64,000 nt of DNA from an uncultured Verrucomicrobiae bacterium (GCA_963756875.1 CAVWPA010000003.1:896001-960000), one strand, 5' to 3'. Counted from the first letter of the stretch, positions 30,844-40,914 are shown. Numbers and translations: made by a program. Notes: a model not told the origin generated them from the sequence alone.

Positions 30844-31716
30844 TTACTCGACGAACTCGGGTTCGATTGGATTTTCGATATAGCCGGCGCTCTGTGCCTC
30901 GTTTAAAAACTGGCGGATGGCCTTGCGCCCGGTGTCGCCATAGTCACGCGTGTAGTCGTTCACGTACATGCCGATGAATTTGCCCGCGAGGCTGGAGTCC
31001 ATGTCGCGCGCGTAGCTCATTGAATAGTCCACTGCTTCGCGACGATGGCTCAGGCCATAATCGATGCTTTCGCGCATGATTTGCAAAAGGTCGCGGCGGA
31101 CTTCTGGCGAAATATCTTTTCGCAACACGTTCCCGCCAAGCGGCAGGGGCAGTCCGGTCCTGTGCTTCCACCATTCGCCAAGATCGACAATTTTTTCAAA
31201 GCCCGATTGCGCGTAGGTCAACTGGCCTTCGTGAATGATTAGCCCGGCGTCGGCGCGGCCGTTTTTGACCGTGTCAAAAATTTGGTCGAATGGCACAACG
31301 ATGTGCTTGAAATCACCCAGATAAAGTTGGAGCGCGAGATAAGCACTTGTCATCCGCCCAGGAACAGCAATGACGCAATTGCGCAGCCACTCGCGATCTT
31401 CATTAAGCGTTGGGCGTTGGATGTTCGGCGTTCGGCGTTGTCTTATAACAAGCGGCCCGTAGCCGTCTCCCATGCTGGCGCCGCACGGCAATAAAGCATA
31501 TTTGGCCGCAACGTATGCGTAGGCATGGATGGAGATTGCGGAGATGTGCAATTCGCCGCGAAGCGCCCGCTCGTTCAGTGTTTGAATGTCTTCCAGTCGA
31601 TGCTCAAAGCGATAGCCGCGCAGATCGATTTTGTTTTTCGCCATCGCGTAAAACATGAATGCGTCGTCCGGATCGGGCGAATGTCCGAGCGTGAAAACCT
31701 CTGGGCGGGACCTCAT
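30844..31716 (-). CDS. mqnD: 1,4-dihydroxy-6-naphthoate synthase family (MqnA/MqnD)
   Basis: GHSPDPDDAFMF, DIQTLN, GDGYGP, IIHEGQLTY, DLGEWW, PLPLG and MYVN. Confidence 0.88.
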   Translation of the reverse strand: MRSRPEVFTLGHSPDPDDAFMFYAMAKNKIDLRGYRFEHRLEDIQTLNERALRGELHISAISIHAYAYVAAKYALLPCGASMGDGYGPLVIRQRRTPNIQRPTLNEDREWLRNCVIAVPGRMTSAYLALQLYLGDFKHIVVPFDQIFDTVKNGRADAGLIIHEGQLTYAQSGFEKIVDLGEWWKHRTGLPLPLGGNVLRKDISPEVRRDLLQIMRESIDYGLSHRREAVDYSMSYARDMDSSLAGKFIGMYVNDYTRDYGDTGRKAIRQFLNEAQSAGYIENPIEPEFVE

Positions 31717-31777
31717 GGCCGCATGCTATCTTTGACGTCGACGCTACGCAACAACGCCTCGCGTGCGCCATTGCTAT

Positions 31778-31806
31778 TTGCGTTATCGGAACTGTTCCGA
31801 TAGCCT
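31778..31806 (+). promoter_or_regulatory. parB promoter with a palindromic operator-like spacer
   Basis: TTGCGT-17-TAGCCT; inverted repeat TATCGGAAC-T-GTTCCGATA at 31784-31802. Confidence 0.55.
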
Positions 31807-31813
31807 GAGGCAC

Positions 31814-32701
31814 ATGGCGAAATCCGGTCTTGGCAAGGGTCTGGGCGCGCTCATTGGTGCGCGGCCGTCCGCCATCCGGCCGGATGTCGCCCCAGGCGAA
31901 ACGATCCATCACGTCGGTCTGGACAGCATTGTTCCCAGCCCGTTGCAGCCTCGCAAGGATTTCGCATCTGAAGCGCTGCAGGAGCTGATGGCTTCCATTC
32001 GTCAGCACGGCATCATTCAGCCGCTCATTGTTCGCCTGGCGAACGGGCGGCACGAATTGATCGCCGGAGAGCGCCGCTGGCGTGCGGCCCAGGAGCTTGG
32101 CATGACCCAGGTGCCGGTGATTGTTCGCAGCGCGACGGACCTGGAGGTTCTCGAGCTTTCTCTTATCGAAAATCTTCAGCGCACGGATCTGAACCCGATC
32201 GAGGAAGCACGAGGTTACGCCCGGCTGGCCGGTGAATTTGAAATGCGACAGGAGGACATTGCCTTGAAAGTCGGACGGAGCCGGGCCGCGGTGGCCAACT
32301 CCATACGGCTGCTCGATTTGCATCCGCAAATTCAAATCTGGCTCACGCAAAGCTTGCTTTCGGTTGGTCATGCCAAGGTGCTGCTTGGTCTGAAGTCCCC
32401 GGAGGACCAATTGTTTGTCGCGGAAGCTGTGTTGCGGCGCAGCGCTACAGTGCGTGGCACGGAGCGATTGGTCGCGCGGCAACTTGGCGTCGGCCGTACC
32501 CGGCGCAAACGGCGCGCGGGCGAGCTAACAGTCACACCGGCGGCGATTCAGGAATTGCAAAATCGGTTACAGCAGCAGCTCGGCACGCACGTTACGATCC
32601 ATCACGGCGAAAAACGGGGGCGGATTGAGATCGAATATTATGGCAACGACGATCTCGACCGGATCGTGACTGCATTGGGATTGTCACGCCGCGATCTCTG
32701 A
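31814..32701 (+). CDS. parB: Chromosome partition protein ParB/Spo0J
   Basis: GLGKGLGAL, QPR, GIIQP, IAGERRWRA, ENLQR, HTH VGRSRAAVAN and GHAK. Confidence 0.96.
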   Translation: MAKSGLGKGLGALIGARPSAIRPDVAPGETIHHVGLDSIVPSPLQPRKDFASEALQELMASIRQHGIIQPLIVRLANGRHELIAGERRWRAAQELGMTQVPVIVRSATDLEVLELSLIENLQRTDLNPIEEARGYARLAGEFEMRQEDIALKVGRSRAAVANSIRLLDLHPQIQIWLTQSLLSVGHAKVLLGLKSPEDQLFVAEAVLRRSATVRGTERLVARQLGVGRTRRKRRAGELTVTPAAIQELQNRLQQQLGTHVTIHHGEKRGRIEIEYYGNDDLDRIVTALGLSRRDL

Positions 32702-32761
32702 GCGGAACAAGGTGGAGCAATGGAGTGCTGGACCGCTGGAGTAAGGTGGATTGTAGGGACT

Positions 32762-33727
32762 ATGTCAGCCCCGAAAGCTTTCGGGGTTCGCAGAAACGTC
32801 CTGGAAATCTGCGCTCCATTGATCGTTCTGGCATTGGCTTCGGGAGTTCCGTCCTGCCGCCGTGGGGAATCGCTGCTGCGCGGGAAGGAAGCAAAGATCT
32901 GGGAAGAATTTTCCGGGCAACGAGCCTTCGACCATGTGCAGCACCTCGTCGCTTTCGGCCCGCGCCCCCCCGGATCCGAGGCTCTCGAGAAAAGTCGCAA
33001 CTATATTATCAGCCAGCTGACCGGATTTGGCTGGGCCGTCACCCGGCAGACCTTCGAGGAGAAAACGCCGCGCGGCAAAGTTGGATTTACAAATCTCATC
33101 GCAAAATTCGTCGGACCAGACCGGAAAATGCGCCCGGCTCCGCAGTTCCTGCTTTGTTCCCATTACGACACGAAGATCTTCGATCAATTTCGCTTCGTAG
33201 GCGCAAATGATGGGGGATCGAGGACCGGCGAACTTCTGGAGATGGCGCGTGTACTGAGCCTGGACCCATCCCTCGCATCCAGGATCGAGCTTGTTTTCTT
33301 CGACGGCGAGGAAGCATTCGAAGAATTTTCGGACACGGACGGCATTTACGGCAGCCGTTACTTTGCAAATCAGCTGGCCGAAAATGGATCGGCCAAAGAG
33401 TTCCGGGGCGGGATTTTGTTCGACATGGTGGGAGACCGTTCGCTCGATATTACGCTCCCGCCGGACTCTCCAGCACGTATTGCGCACGACATTTTTGAAT
33501 CTGCCAGCGCGCTGAAAGTGCGGAATTATTTTACCTATTTCAGCCAGAGAGTCACCGACGATCACACCCCGCTGAATGCAGTTGGTATTCCAACGCTTGA
33601 TATGATCGATTTCGATTACCCGCCGTGGCACACAGCCGGAGACACCATCGACAAGCTGAGTCCACAAAGTTTGCAAATAGTCGGCTCCGTGAGTGCGTAT
33701 TACCTGTCGAAGTTTGCCTTTAAATGA
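32762..33727 (+). CDS. M28 peptidase / glutaminyl-cyclase-like, probably a lipoprotein (start uncertain)
   Basis: GPRPPGS, SHYDTK, GANDG, FFDGEE, DMVG, DDH and WHT; hydrophobic leader ending in Cys. Confidence 0.88.
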   Translation: MSAPKAFGVRRNVLEICAPLIVLALASGVPSCRRGESLLRGKEAKIWEEFSGQRAFDHVQHLVAFGPRPPGSEALEKSRNYIISQLTGFGWAVTRQTFEEKTPRGKVGFTNLIAKFVGPDRKMRPAPQFLLCSHYDTKIFDQFRFVGANDGGSRTGELLEMARVLSLDPSLASRIELVFFDGEEAFEEFSDTDGIYGSRYFANQLAENGSAKEFRGGILFDMVGDRSLDITLPPDSPARIAHDIFESASALKVRNYFTYFSQRVTDDHTPLNAVGIPTLDMIDFDYPPWHTAGDTIDKLSPQSLQIVGSVSAYYLSKFAFK

Positions 33728-34737
33728 ATCGGAAAGTTGTGATTGTCTCGCTGCTCCTGGGAGCGAGCGGGGCGGGCATCGTCGGTGGCAATTTAATTTG
33801 TCGCTCGGCCGGTTGCCGGAATCTCATCGGCATTCTTTGCCGGCGCGGGCATTTGCTGGCACTCGCAGGTGGGCGGGGCGTTTACGAAGCGGATCTTCAG
33901 CGCGCGCTCGCGGAATCGCGCTATGCAAGCGGCAATGCTGGAAAAGTGCCAGAAGACGAAGGTGGCTGGGAGCGGTCCATTCTTGTCCGCCTGGTTGCAA
34001 ATGCCGTGGCCCAGTCCCTGGCAACACATGAAAAGCTGCCCCAGGGTGAGGTCGATCACGAACTCACGCTGGCAAGGGACCAATTCGCTGATGAGGCACG
34101 GTGGAGAGCGGCTTTGCGAAGAAGCGGCCTTTGGGCGGGATCAGTTCGCTCAATTGTTGCTGATGAATTGCGCACCCGGCAATGGATCGATCGCCAGATC
34201 GCGCCGGATATCGATGTAACGGCCGACGAATGCCGGACTTTTTATAACGCGCATCCGGAGGATTTTTGTCAGCCGGTCCGGTTTCGTGCCAGTCACCTGT
34301 TTTTAGCCGCGCCGCCGGACACGCCGGCGGAAATTGTGGATGCAAAAAGCAAGGCAATGGAATCACTTTCGGTTCGCCTCACCAACGGCGAAGATCTTGC
34401 CGACCTTGTCGCGGCGGCTTCTGAGGATGAAGCCACAAAAAAGCGTGGCGGCGATCTGGGGTATTTTTCCGCTACGCGAATGCCTGCTGACTTTTTCGCC
34501 GCGGTTGTGAACCTGCACGTGGGAGAAATTAGTAAACCGATTCGCACACGGCTCGGCTTTCACATTGTTCAACTGACCGATCGCAAGCCGGCCGGGCAAC
34601 TCGCATTCGATCAAGTGCGCGCAGAGATTGCCACTGGGCTGGCAAATCGAAAACGCGAAAGGGCGGCCCCGAATTTTGTCGGCAAGCTTGCCGGAGATGC
34701 GGAGTGGATGGCGCCCGGCTGCCGCAGTCTCGACTGA
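33724..34737 (+). CDS. PpiC-type peptidyl-prolyl isomerase (SurA/PrsA-like)
   Basis: ASHLF, SED..TK..GGDLG, S.PIRT.LGFHI; N-terminal anchor. Confidence 0.9.
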   Translation: MNRKVVIVSLLLGASGAGIVGGNLICRSAGCRNLIGILCRRGHLLALAGGRGVYEADLQRALAESRYASGNAGKVPEDEGGWERSILVRLVANAVAQSLATHEKLPQGEVDHELTLARDQFADEARWRAALRRSGLWAGSVRSIVADELRTRQWIDRQIAPDIDVTADECRTFYNAHPEDFCQPVRFRASHLFLAAPPDTPAEIVDAKSKAMESLSVRLTNGEDLADLVAAASEDEATKKRGGDLGYFSATRMPADFFAAVVNLHVGEISKPIRTRLGFHIVQLTDRKPAGQLAFDQVRAEIATGLANRKRERAAPNFVGKLAGDAEWMAPGCRSLD

Positions 34738-34819
34738 ATGGCGAAGTTCTGAGTTGCGCGTCAGGTCATTTCGTCTCACTCTGGGTACTCACCATCGTCG
34801 AAGGGCGATGTGAGCTTCT

Positions 34820-36046
34820 ATGCCTCGCCGCACGAAAAAAAATGTCGGAGTGATTGGCCTCGGTATCATCGGGAGCCGGGTGGTGGATAACCTCCGCCAC
34901 AAAGGCTTCCATGTTTTCGTTTGGAACCGGAGCCCGCGGCCCGTGCCCAATTTTGTCGGGTCACCGCCCGAGGTGGCCGAGATGTGCGATTACGTGCAGA
35001 TTTTTGTGTCCGATGACGACGCACTGCTGGAAGTCGTAAAGGAGTTGGCTCCGGTTCTGGCCCCGCGGCATATTGTCATGGCGCACTCCACGGTGTCACC
35101 GCATTCCGTGCAAGCTGCCGCCGATGTCGTCGAAAGACGTGGCGCTCATTTTGTCGAGGCCCCGTTCACCGGTAGCAAGGGCGCCGCCGAAAAGGGCGAA
35201 CTGGTTTATTACGTATCGGGTGATGACGTCGCCCTGCGTGAAGCGCGCCCCGTCCTTGAGGCGAGCAGTAAAAAAATTATCGAGATCGGTGAGATCGGTC
35301 AGGCCACAACGATCAAGGTGGCAACGAACATCCTGACGGCAGCCATCGTCCAGGCCGCTGCGGAAGCGCTGGCGCTCGTCCAAAGTTCGGGATTGCCACT
35401 GGAAAAATTTGCTGCCGCGCTCGAAGGAAACGCGAGCAATTCGCAAACGTTGTCGATGAAGTTGCCCAAGATGCTCAGCGGCGATTTTGAACCGCATTTT
35501 TCCGTCAAGCACATGCTAAAGGACATGCAGATCGCGAACCGACTCGGCCTGTTGCATCATCTGGAGTTAAGTGTGACCGCGGCGGCGCGCGACCGCCTTC
35601 TCGAACAAATGCAACGAGGATACGGCGACGACGATTTTTCGGCGGTCGTACGAAAGTATCTGTTTGAAATCCGATCAGCCGGCGAAGAGGAAGCCGATCT
35701 TGAGCTGTTTGGAACATCGGTGCCGGTGGAGCCGGCGTTCGCACCATTGGCAATTGTCGAGGAGCCCTTGGCCGCCAGTCCGAACAATGAGGCTTTGCCG
35801 GAAACGCAGCAGCCAGTCCCGGAAGAGCCAAAGGTCGTGGAAACGCCAGCGGAACCCAAGGCCGATTCGGCAGCAAGCGGCGCCGAGGTTCAAGAGGTTC
35901 AAAAGGAGCAGACGGAGCCGCAAAAGGAAGGCACCTCTTCGCCAGAGGAGACTTTGTCCGCCGCGCCGGAAGAACAACCGGAGAATGAAATCCGGTCGCG
36001 CCGCGGCTTATTTAATCGATTGTTGCGCCGCGGCAGCCAATACTAA
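34820..36046 (+). CDS. NAD(P)-dependent beta-hydroxyacid dehydrogenase family protein with an acidic C-terminal extension
   Basis: GLGIIG, WNRS, STVSP, APFTGS, KVATN and KDM. Confidence 0.88.
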   Translation: MPRRTKKNVGVIGLGIIGSRVVDNLRHKGFHVFVWNRSPRPVPNFVGSPPEVAEMCDYVQIFVSDDDALLEVVKELAPVLAPRHIVMAHSTVSPHSVQAAADVVERRGAHFVEAPFTGSKGAAEKGELVYYVSGDDVALREARPVLEASSKKIIEIGEIGQATTIKVATNILTAAIVQAAAEALALVQSSGLPLEKFAAALEGNASNSQTLSMKLPKMLSGDFEPHFSVKHMLKDMQIANRLGLLHHLELSVTAAARDRLLEQMQRGYGDDDFSAVVRKYLFEIRSAGEEEADLELFGTSVPVEPAFAPLAIVEEPLAASPNNEALPETQQPVPEEPKVVETPAEPKADSAASGAEVQEVQKEQTEPQKEGTSSPEETLSAAPEEQPENEIRSRRGLFNRLLRRGSQY

Positions 36047-36057
36047 AACCCGCCCCG

Positions 36058-36996
36058 GTGCGCGCCGCAAATCTGCGGAAGCGTGCTTTGAGTCGAGTGA
36101 ACAACGCGTTTTTCGATCTCTCCGGGCGTGCGAAGCTCCGCGTTCGCGGAAGCGATCGCGAACGCTTCATGAATGGCCAACTGACAAACAATGTGCGAAA
36201 CGCCACGGAGGCGCGAGCGATCGAAGCGTGCGTTTTGAATGCGAAAGGCAAACTGAACGCGCATATTTTTCTTCGAGTGGAAGAAGAAACCTTCGTTCTG
36301 GATGCCGCACCCGAATTGCGAGAACTGCTGCAGGCGCGGCTCGATCGTTATATCATCGCGGACGATGTGCAGATCGAGGATGCAAGCGCTCAATTGTCGC
36401 TGTTTCATGTGGCGCATCCTGGTGTTGTAACTTTGCCGAACCAATTCAAGGTTGTGTCGGCAACCCGGTTCCGCAATCCGGGTTGCGATATTTGGGCGGA
36501 GTCCGGACGGCACGACGAACTGTTTCAACGATTGTCGGAACAGTTCACCTTTTGCGGCGCCGATTGCGCAGAAATGATCAGGATCGAGGAGGGAATCCCT
36601 CGCTGGGGACGTGAGTTGACCGAGGAGATCATTCCGGTTGAGGCGAACCTGGAAACGGGCGTCATCGACTACGAAAAAGGCTGTTACATAGGCCAGGAAG
36701 TGATTTCTCGAATTAAAATGTCCGGCCAAACGAACAAGCGACTCTGCGGATTGATCTCGCTGAACGATGCGTCGCTCGCGGTGGGGATGATACTCTTCGC
36801 CATGGGACAGGAAGAGAAGGAGGTTGGCTGGATTACCAGCGCCGCAAATTCAGAGCGCCTCGGAAGAAAAATTGCGCTTGGTTATGTCAAACGCGGCTTC
36901 AATCTCCCGGCAACCAGGCTGGAAGCGGTTCGTCCGGAAAATAAATCTGGTTCCGAGGCCGCGGTGGTGGACGTTGTCGATCTTCCATTCGCCTAG
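36058..36996 (+). CDS. ygfZ: Folate-binding Fe-S/tRNA-modification factor YgfZ (GcvT family)
   Basis: KGCYIGQE signature, RIEEG.P and IIADDV. Confidence 0.92.
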   Translation: MRAANLRKRALSRVNNAFFDLSGRAKLRVRGSDRERFMNGQLTNNVRNATEARAIEACVLNAKGKLNAHIFLRVEEETFVLDAAPELRELLQARLDRYIIADDVQIEDASAQLSLFHVAHPGVVTLPNQFKVVSATRFRNPGCDIWAESGRHDELFQRLSEQFTFCGADCAEMIRIEEGIPRWGRELTEEIIPVEANLETGVIDYEKGCYIGQEVISRIKMSGQTNKRLCGLISLNDASLAVGMILFAMGQEEKEVGWITSAANSERLGRKIALGYVKRGFNLPATRLEAVRPENKSGSEAAVVDVVDLPFA

Positions 36997-37110
36997 CTTC
37001 CACTGGGTTCGAAAGCTGGACAGCAGCGAACTCCAAGACGATATGTGCCATCTTTCGAATTGCAATTTTCAAGACCAGCTGTGTATGGTCATGGGCGCTT
37101 TTTTAGCAAG

Positions 37111-37752
37111 ATGAACCAAAGAATACTTGCAGAGATCGGCCGCACTCAGCGTTTAGAGATCTTGAACTCCTTGAAGCGGACGCGAGGCATGTCGGTCAAC
37201 GAGCTCGTCGAGAAAATGAAGATGAGCTACATGGGGATCAAACAACATTGTCTGACGCTCCAGCGCGATGGTTACCTGGAAACGTGGCGCCGACCGCAGA
37301 AAATGGGACGTCCGGAGATGGTTTACCGGCTTACCCGCCGCAGCCATGACCTGTTCCCGAGCGATAGCAACGAGTTTACTCTCGAAATACTCAAGTCGAT
37401 TCTGGAGATCTACGGAGCAAATGGTCCGGAGAAGCTTTTGTACAACGTTTTCGAAGGAAAAACCGCTGCGCTAAAGTCGAAAATCAAAGGGGCGACCGTG
37501 GCGGACCGGGCGAAATCGCTAGCCAAGGTGCGCGACGGTGAAGGGTATATGGCACAATTCCTTTCGGATGAAAAAGGGGAGGGTCCGCAAATCCTGGAAT
37601 GCCACTCGCCGATTATGAATCTGCTCGATGTCTATCCCATTTTAGGAAGGCTGGAGCAAAACATGTTCGAAGCCTTGCTGGATACGCGGGTGCGCCGGGA
37701 GGAGACGCGCACTTCGGGCTTGTATGAGTGCGCGTTCTTTTTCGCACTCTGA
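37111..37752 (+). CDS. Winged-HTH transcriptional regulator (SufR-like)
   Basis: N-terminal HTH (IKQHCLTL, GRP...YRLT); C-terminal ECHSP...YEC. Confidence 0.8.
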   Translation: MNQRILAEIGRTQRLEILNSLKRTRGMSVNELVEKMKMSYMGIKQHCLTLQRDGYLETWRRPQKMGRPEMVYRLTRRSHDLFPSDSNEFTLEILKSILEIYGANGPEKLLYNVFEGKTAALKSKIKGATVADRAKSLAKVRDGEGYMAQFLSDEKGEGPQILECHSPIMNLLDVYPILGRLEQNMFEALLDTRVRREETRTSGLYECAFFFAL

Positions 37753-37825
37753 GGAATCTTAACGATCTCCGCGCGCCTGAGATTTCCACTTTCGCAACTG
37801 CCTAATCTCGGTTGATTCATCCGCG

Positions 37826-39797
37826 ATGCTCCGGGCTTTTCCCAGTGTCGAGATTGAGAATTTGCAGCCGCTCCTCGCCGGCGGGCGCTATCCGATTAAG
37901 CGCATAGTCGGTGAAGATCTCGCGGTGGAAGCCGATATCTTCCGCGACGGTCATGATGTTGTGGCGGCTGTCTTGAAATGGCGCCTCCTCGGAGAAATCC
38001 ATTGGCGCGAAACAGCCATGAGCTTTGTCGATAACGATCGCTGGCGTGGTGTCTGTACCCTTTACGAAAGCGGCATCTATGAATATACGGTTGAAGCTTG
38101 GACAGATAGTTTTCGCGGCTGGCAACACGAATTCGCGACCAAGTTCGAAGCAGGTCTCTCCGCCCTTACAGCAGAGGCGCTCGAAGGCGCAGCCCTGCTT
38201 GAGGTCGCGGCGCATCGTGCCCAAGTAGCCGACGACGCCAAACGTTTGCGCGAGCTTTCCCAGAATATTCGCACCGGCGAGAACGATCAGATCAACGACA
38301 TCGCGCATTCCGGAGAACTCGAGGTGCTGATGGCGACCTATCCTGATCGCTCCGACGCGACACAATACGCGCCGGCTCCGCGGGTGGTTGTCGATCGGGC
38401 GGCTGCGCGTGTCGCCGCTTGGTACGAGTTTCTACCGCGCTCCGCGGAAGGTTATGGCGACCGTGGCTCAACCCTGCGCGATTGTCTGCCGCGGGTCGAT
38501 GACGCCAAAGCGATGGGGTTCAACGTCATTTATTTTCCGCCCATTCATCCTATTGGACACACCAATCGAAAGGGGCGCAATAATTCCGTCGTGTGCGAGC
38601 CGGGCGACCCTGGCTCGCCTTACGCGATCGGCAGCGAAGCGGGTGGACACAAGGCAATCGATCCCGATCTGGGCACGCTCGACGATTTCGACTGGCTCGA
38701 GGCCGAAATACGCAAACGCGGGATGGAGATCGCACTCGACTTCGCTCTCAATTGTTCGCCCGATCATCCGTATGTGAAGGAACACCCGGAGTGGTTTTAC
38801 AAGCGACCGGACGGTTCGATCAAATACGCAGAGAACCCGCCGAAGAAATACGAAGATATTTATCCGCTCAATTTCCGCTGCGAGACGTGGCCCGAACTTT
38901 GGGCGGAAATGAAGAGCATCATTCTGTTCTGGGCGGGTCATGGCGTGCGCATTTTCCGGGTCGATAATCCGCACACCAAGCCTGTCGCATTTTGGGAATA
39001 CCTGATTGACGGCGTCCATGAAACTTATCCGGACGTGCTATTTCTTTCCGAGGCGTTCACCCGGCCCAAAATGATGAGGGCGCTGGCCAAGGCCGGGTTC
39101 ACGCAAAGTTACACGTACTTCACGTGGCGGCACTCGAAGCAAGAGCTCACGGATTATTTTACCGAGCTGACGCAAACTGAAATGCGCGAATATTTCCGGG
39201 GCAATCTTTGGACGAACACACCCGACATTCTGCCCTTCGGTACTTCAAACGGGCGGCCGTCCGGCATTCACGATTCGAGTGACGCTCGCCGCGACATTAT
39301 CCAGTCTCTACGGGATCTACAGCGGTTACGAGCTGTGCGAAAATGAGGCGCTCTCCGGGCGCGAGGAGTATCTCGATTCCGAAAAATACCAGTTCAAGGA
39401 GCGCGATTGGGATGCGCCTGGGAACATCAAAGATTGGATTACACGACTAAACCGAATCCGGCGCGAAAATCGAGCGCTGCAGTTTTACGATAACCTGCAG
39501 TTTTATCACGCAGACAACGACGCGATTCTGTTTTACGGGAAAATGACGGCAGCGCGCGACAACATCATTTTGGTTGTGGTGAATCTCGATCCGCATCGCA
39601 AACAGGATTCATTTATCGATGTGCCGATTGAACAGTTTGGTTCGCTGGAAGGCGACAATTACCAGGTGCACGATCTTTTAAGCGACGTTCGTTACACATG
39701 GCACGGCGTTCGAAACTATGTGGAACTCGATCCGGAGATCCAGCCGGCGCATATCTTTCGGATCCGACGCTGGGTAAGCGGCGATCACTTTGTTTAG
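37826..39797 (+). CDS. glgE: Alpha-1,4-glucan:maltose-1-phosphate maltosyltransferase, apparent +1 frameshift at 39239-40
   Basis: DGHD, WYE, RKGRNN, AENPPKKYEDIY, RVDNPHTKP, SEAFTRP, NTPDIL and DSEKYQ; deleting one G gives PFVLQTGGRPAF. Confidence 0.95.
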
Positions 39798-39821
39798 CCG
39801 TGGTGGGCCGCCCCATAAATT

Positions 39822-39888
39822 TGTAGCCATGCCTCTATGGGGTCTATCACTTGTGATCACCAGGACGGTGCATAGCGCCGTGGCTACA
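39822..39888. repeat. GTAG-type REP pair
   Basis: TGTAGCCATG ... CGTGGCTACA inverted ends. Confidence 0.55.
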
Positions 39889-39955
39889 GCGCCGGGGCGT
39901 TACTTGCAACCGCCGGCATGCAGCCCGGTCTGCGCTAGGAAAAAATCATCAGCTA

Positions 39956-40035
39956 AACCACGCCAAATGACGCTAAAAGCAGAATGGCTGATTTTTGACG
40001 GTCTCATTTTTCGCGTTTTTTAGCGTGTTTGGCGG
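39956..40035. repeat. Imperfect hairpin of ~9-nt units
   Basis: CGCCAAATGACGCTAAAA pairs with TTTTAGCGTGTTTGGCG. Confidence 0.5.
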
Positions 40036-40146
40036 ACCCAATCTTCTTTTCCGTTTCTGACGGTGCATGGCGCAGTAGCTACAGTCGCTTACTGCCGGCC
40101 ATTTGCATCGGCCGCGCCTCCGTTTATCGTTACGGAACTTTTTCGC

Positions 40147-40914
40147 ATGAAGATTTTGCTCTCGCTGCTCGCTATGGCGGTCCCCGTTCCTTTGCTGGCG
40201 CAGACCTCGCCAATTCCGGCTATGCCGGATATTCCGCGCTCGAAAACGATCATGGAGGCACTTGTCGCGGCAGGCCCGGTCATGCTTCTGCTTTTCATTC
40301 TTTCGGTTTTCTTTGTCATGCTCGTCATCGTTTACCTGATGACGATCCGTCGCGGTGCTGTCGTATCGAGTGGATTCATGGCGACGGCGGATGCACTGTT
40401 GCGCAAGCGCGATTACCTCGGATTATTGGCGGTCTCGAACAGGCATGGCGAAGCCATCGCGCGCGTCCTGCAAAAGGTGCTCGACTTTACCACGAAAAAT
40501 CCAGAAGCGGATTTTCATCAGGTGCGGGAGATAGCGGAGACCGAGGGAACGCGGGTCGCGGCCAGCCTCAACAATCGAGTTGTTTACCTTGCCGATATCG
40601 GGATGATTGCGCCGCTGCTCGGCCTGCTTGGAACTGTGCTGGGCATCATTCGTTCGTTTGGCGCTCTCGGGGCCGATCTCGGCACCGCCCGTTATGTTCT
40701 ACTTTCCAAAGGCATCAGTGAGGCCCTGGTCAATACTTGCGCCGGGCTGGCCATCGGCATTCCGGCGATGGTTTGTTATGCTTTCTTTCGCGGCAAGTCT
40801 CAGAAGCTTATTTCAGAATTGGAGTCGGCTACCACCCATGTCCTGGCTTTGCTTTCCTTGCAATATGGCAAACGGACCGAGCGCATGCCGGCGTTGATTG
40901 AAGACGAACTGTAG
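40147..40914 (+). CDS. MotA/TolQ/ExbB proton-channel protein
   Basis: IAPLLGLLGTVLG, GISEALVNT and GLAIGIPA. Confidence 0.93.
   Translation: MKILLSLLAMAVPVPLLAQTSPIPAMPDIPRSKTIMEALVAAGPVMLLLFILSVFFVMLVIVYLMTIRRGAVVSSGFMATADALLRKRDYLGLLAVSNRHGEAIARVLQKVLDFTTKNPEADFHQVREIAETEGTRVAASLNNRVVYLADIGMIAPLLGLLGTVLGIIRSFGALGADLGTARYVLLSKGISEALVNTCAGLAIGIPAMVCYAFFRGKSQKLISELESATTHVLALLSLQYGKRTERMPALIEDEL

Noticed and set aside
31784..31802. Canonical parS site
   Set aside because: Does not match the GTTTCACGTGAAAC-type consensus; kept only as an unknown operator.
22160..39797. ugd and glgE as pseudogenes
   Set aside because: One indel each with all motifs intact; more consistent with sequencing error.
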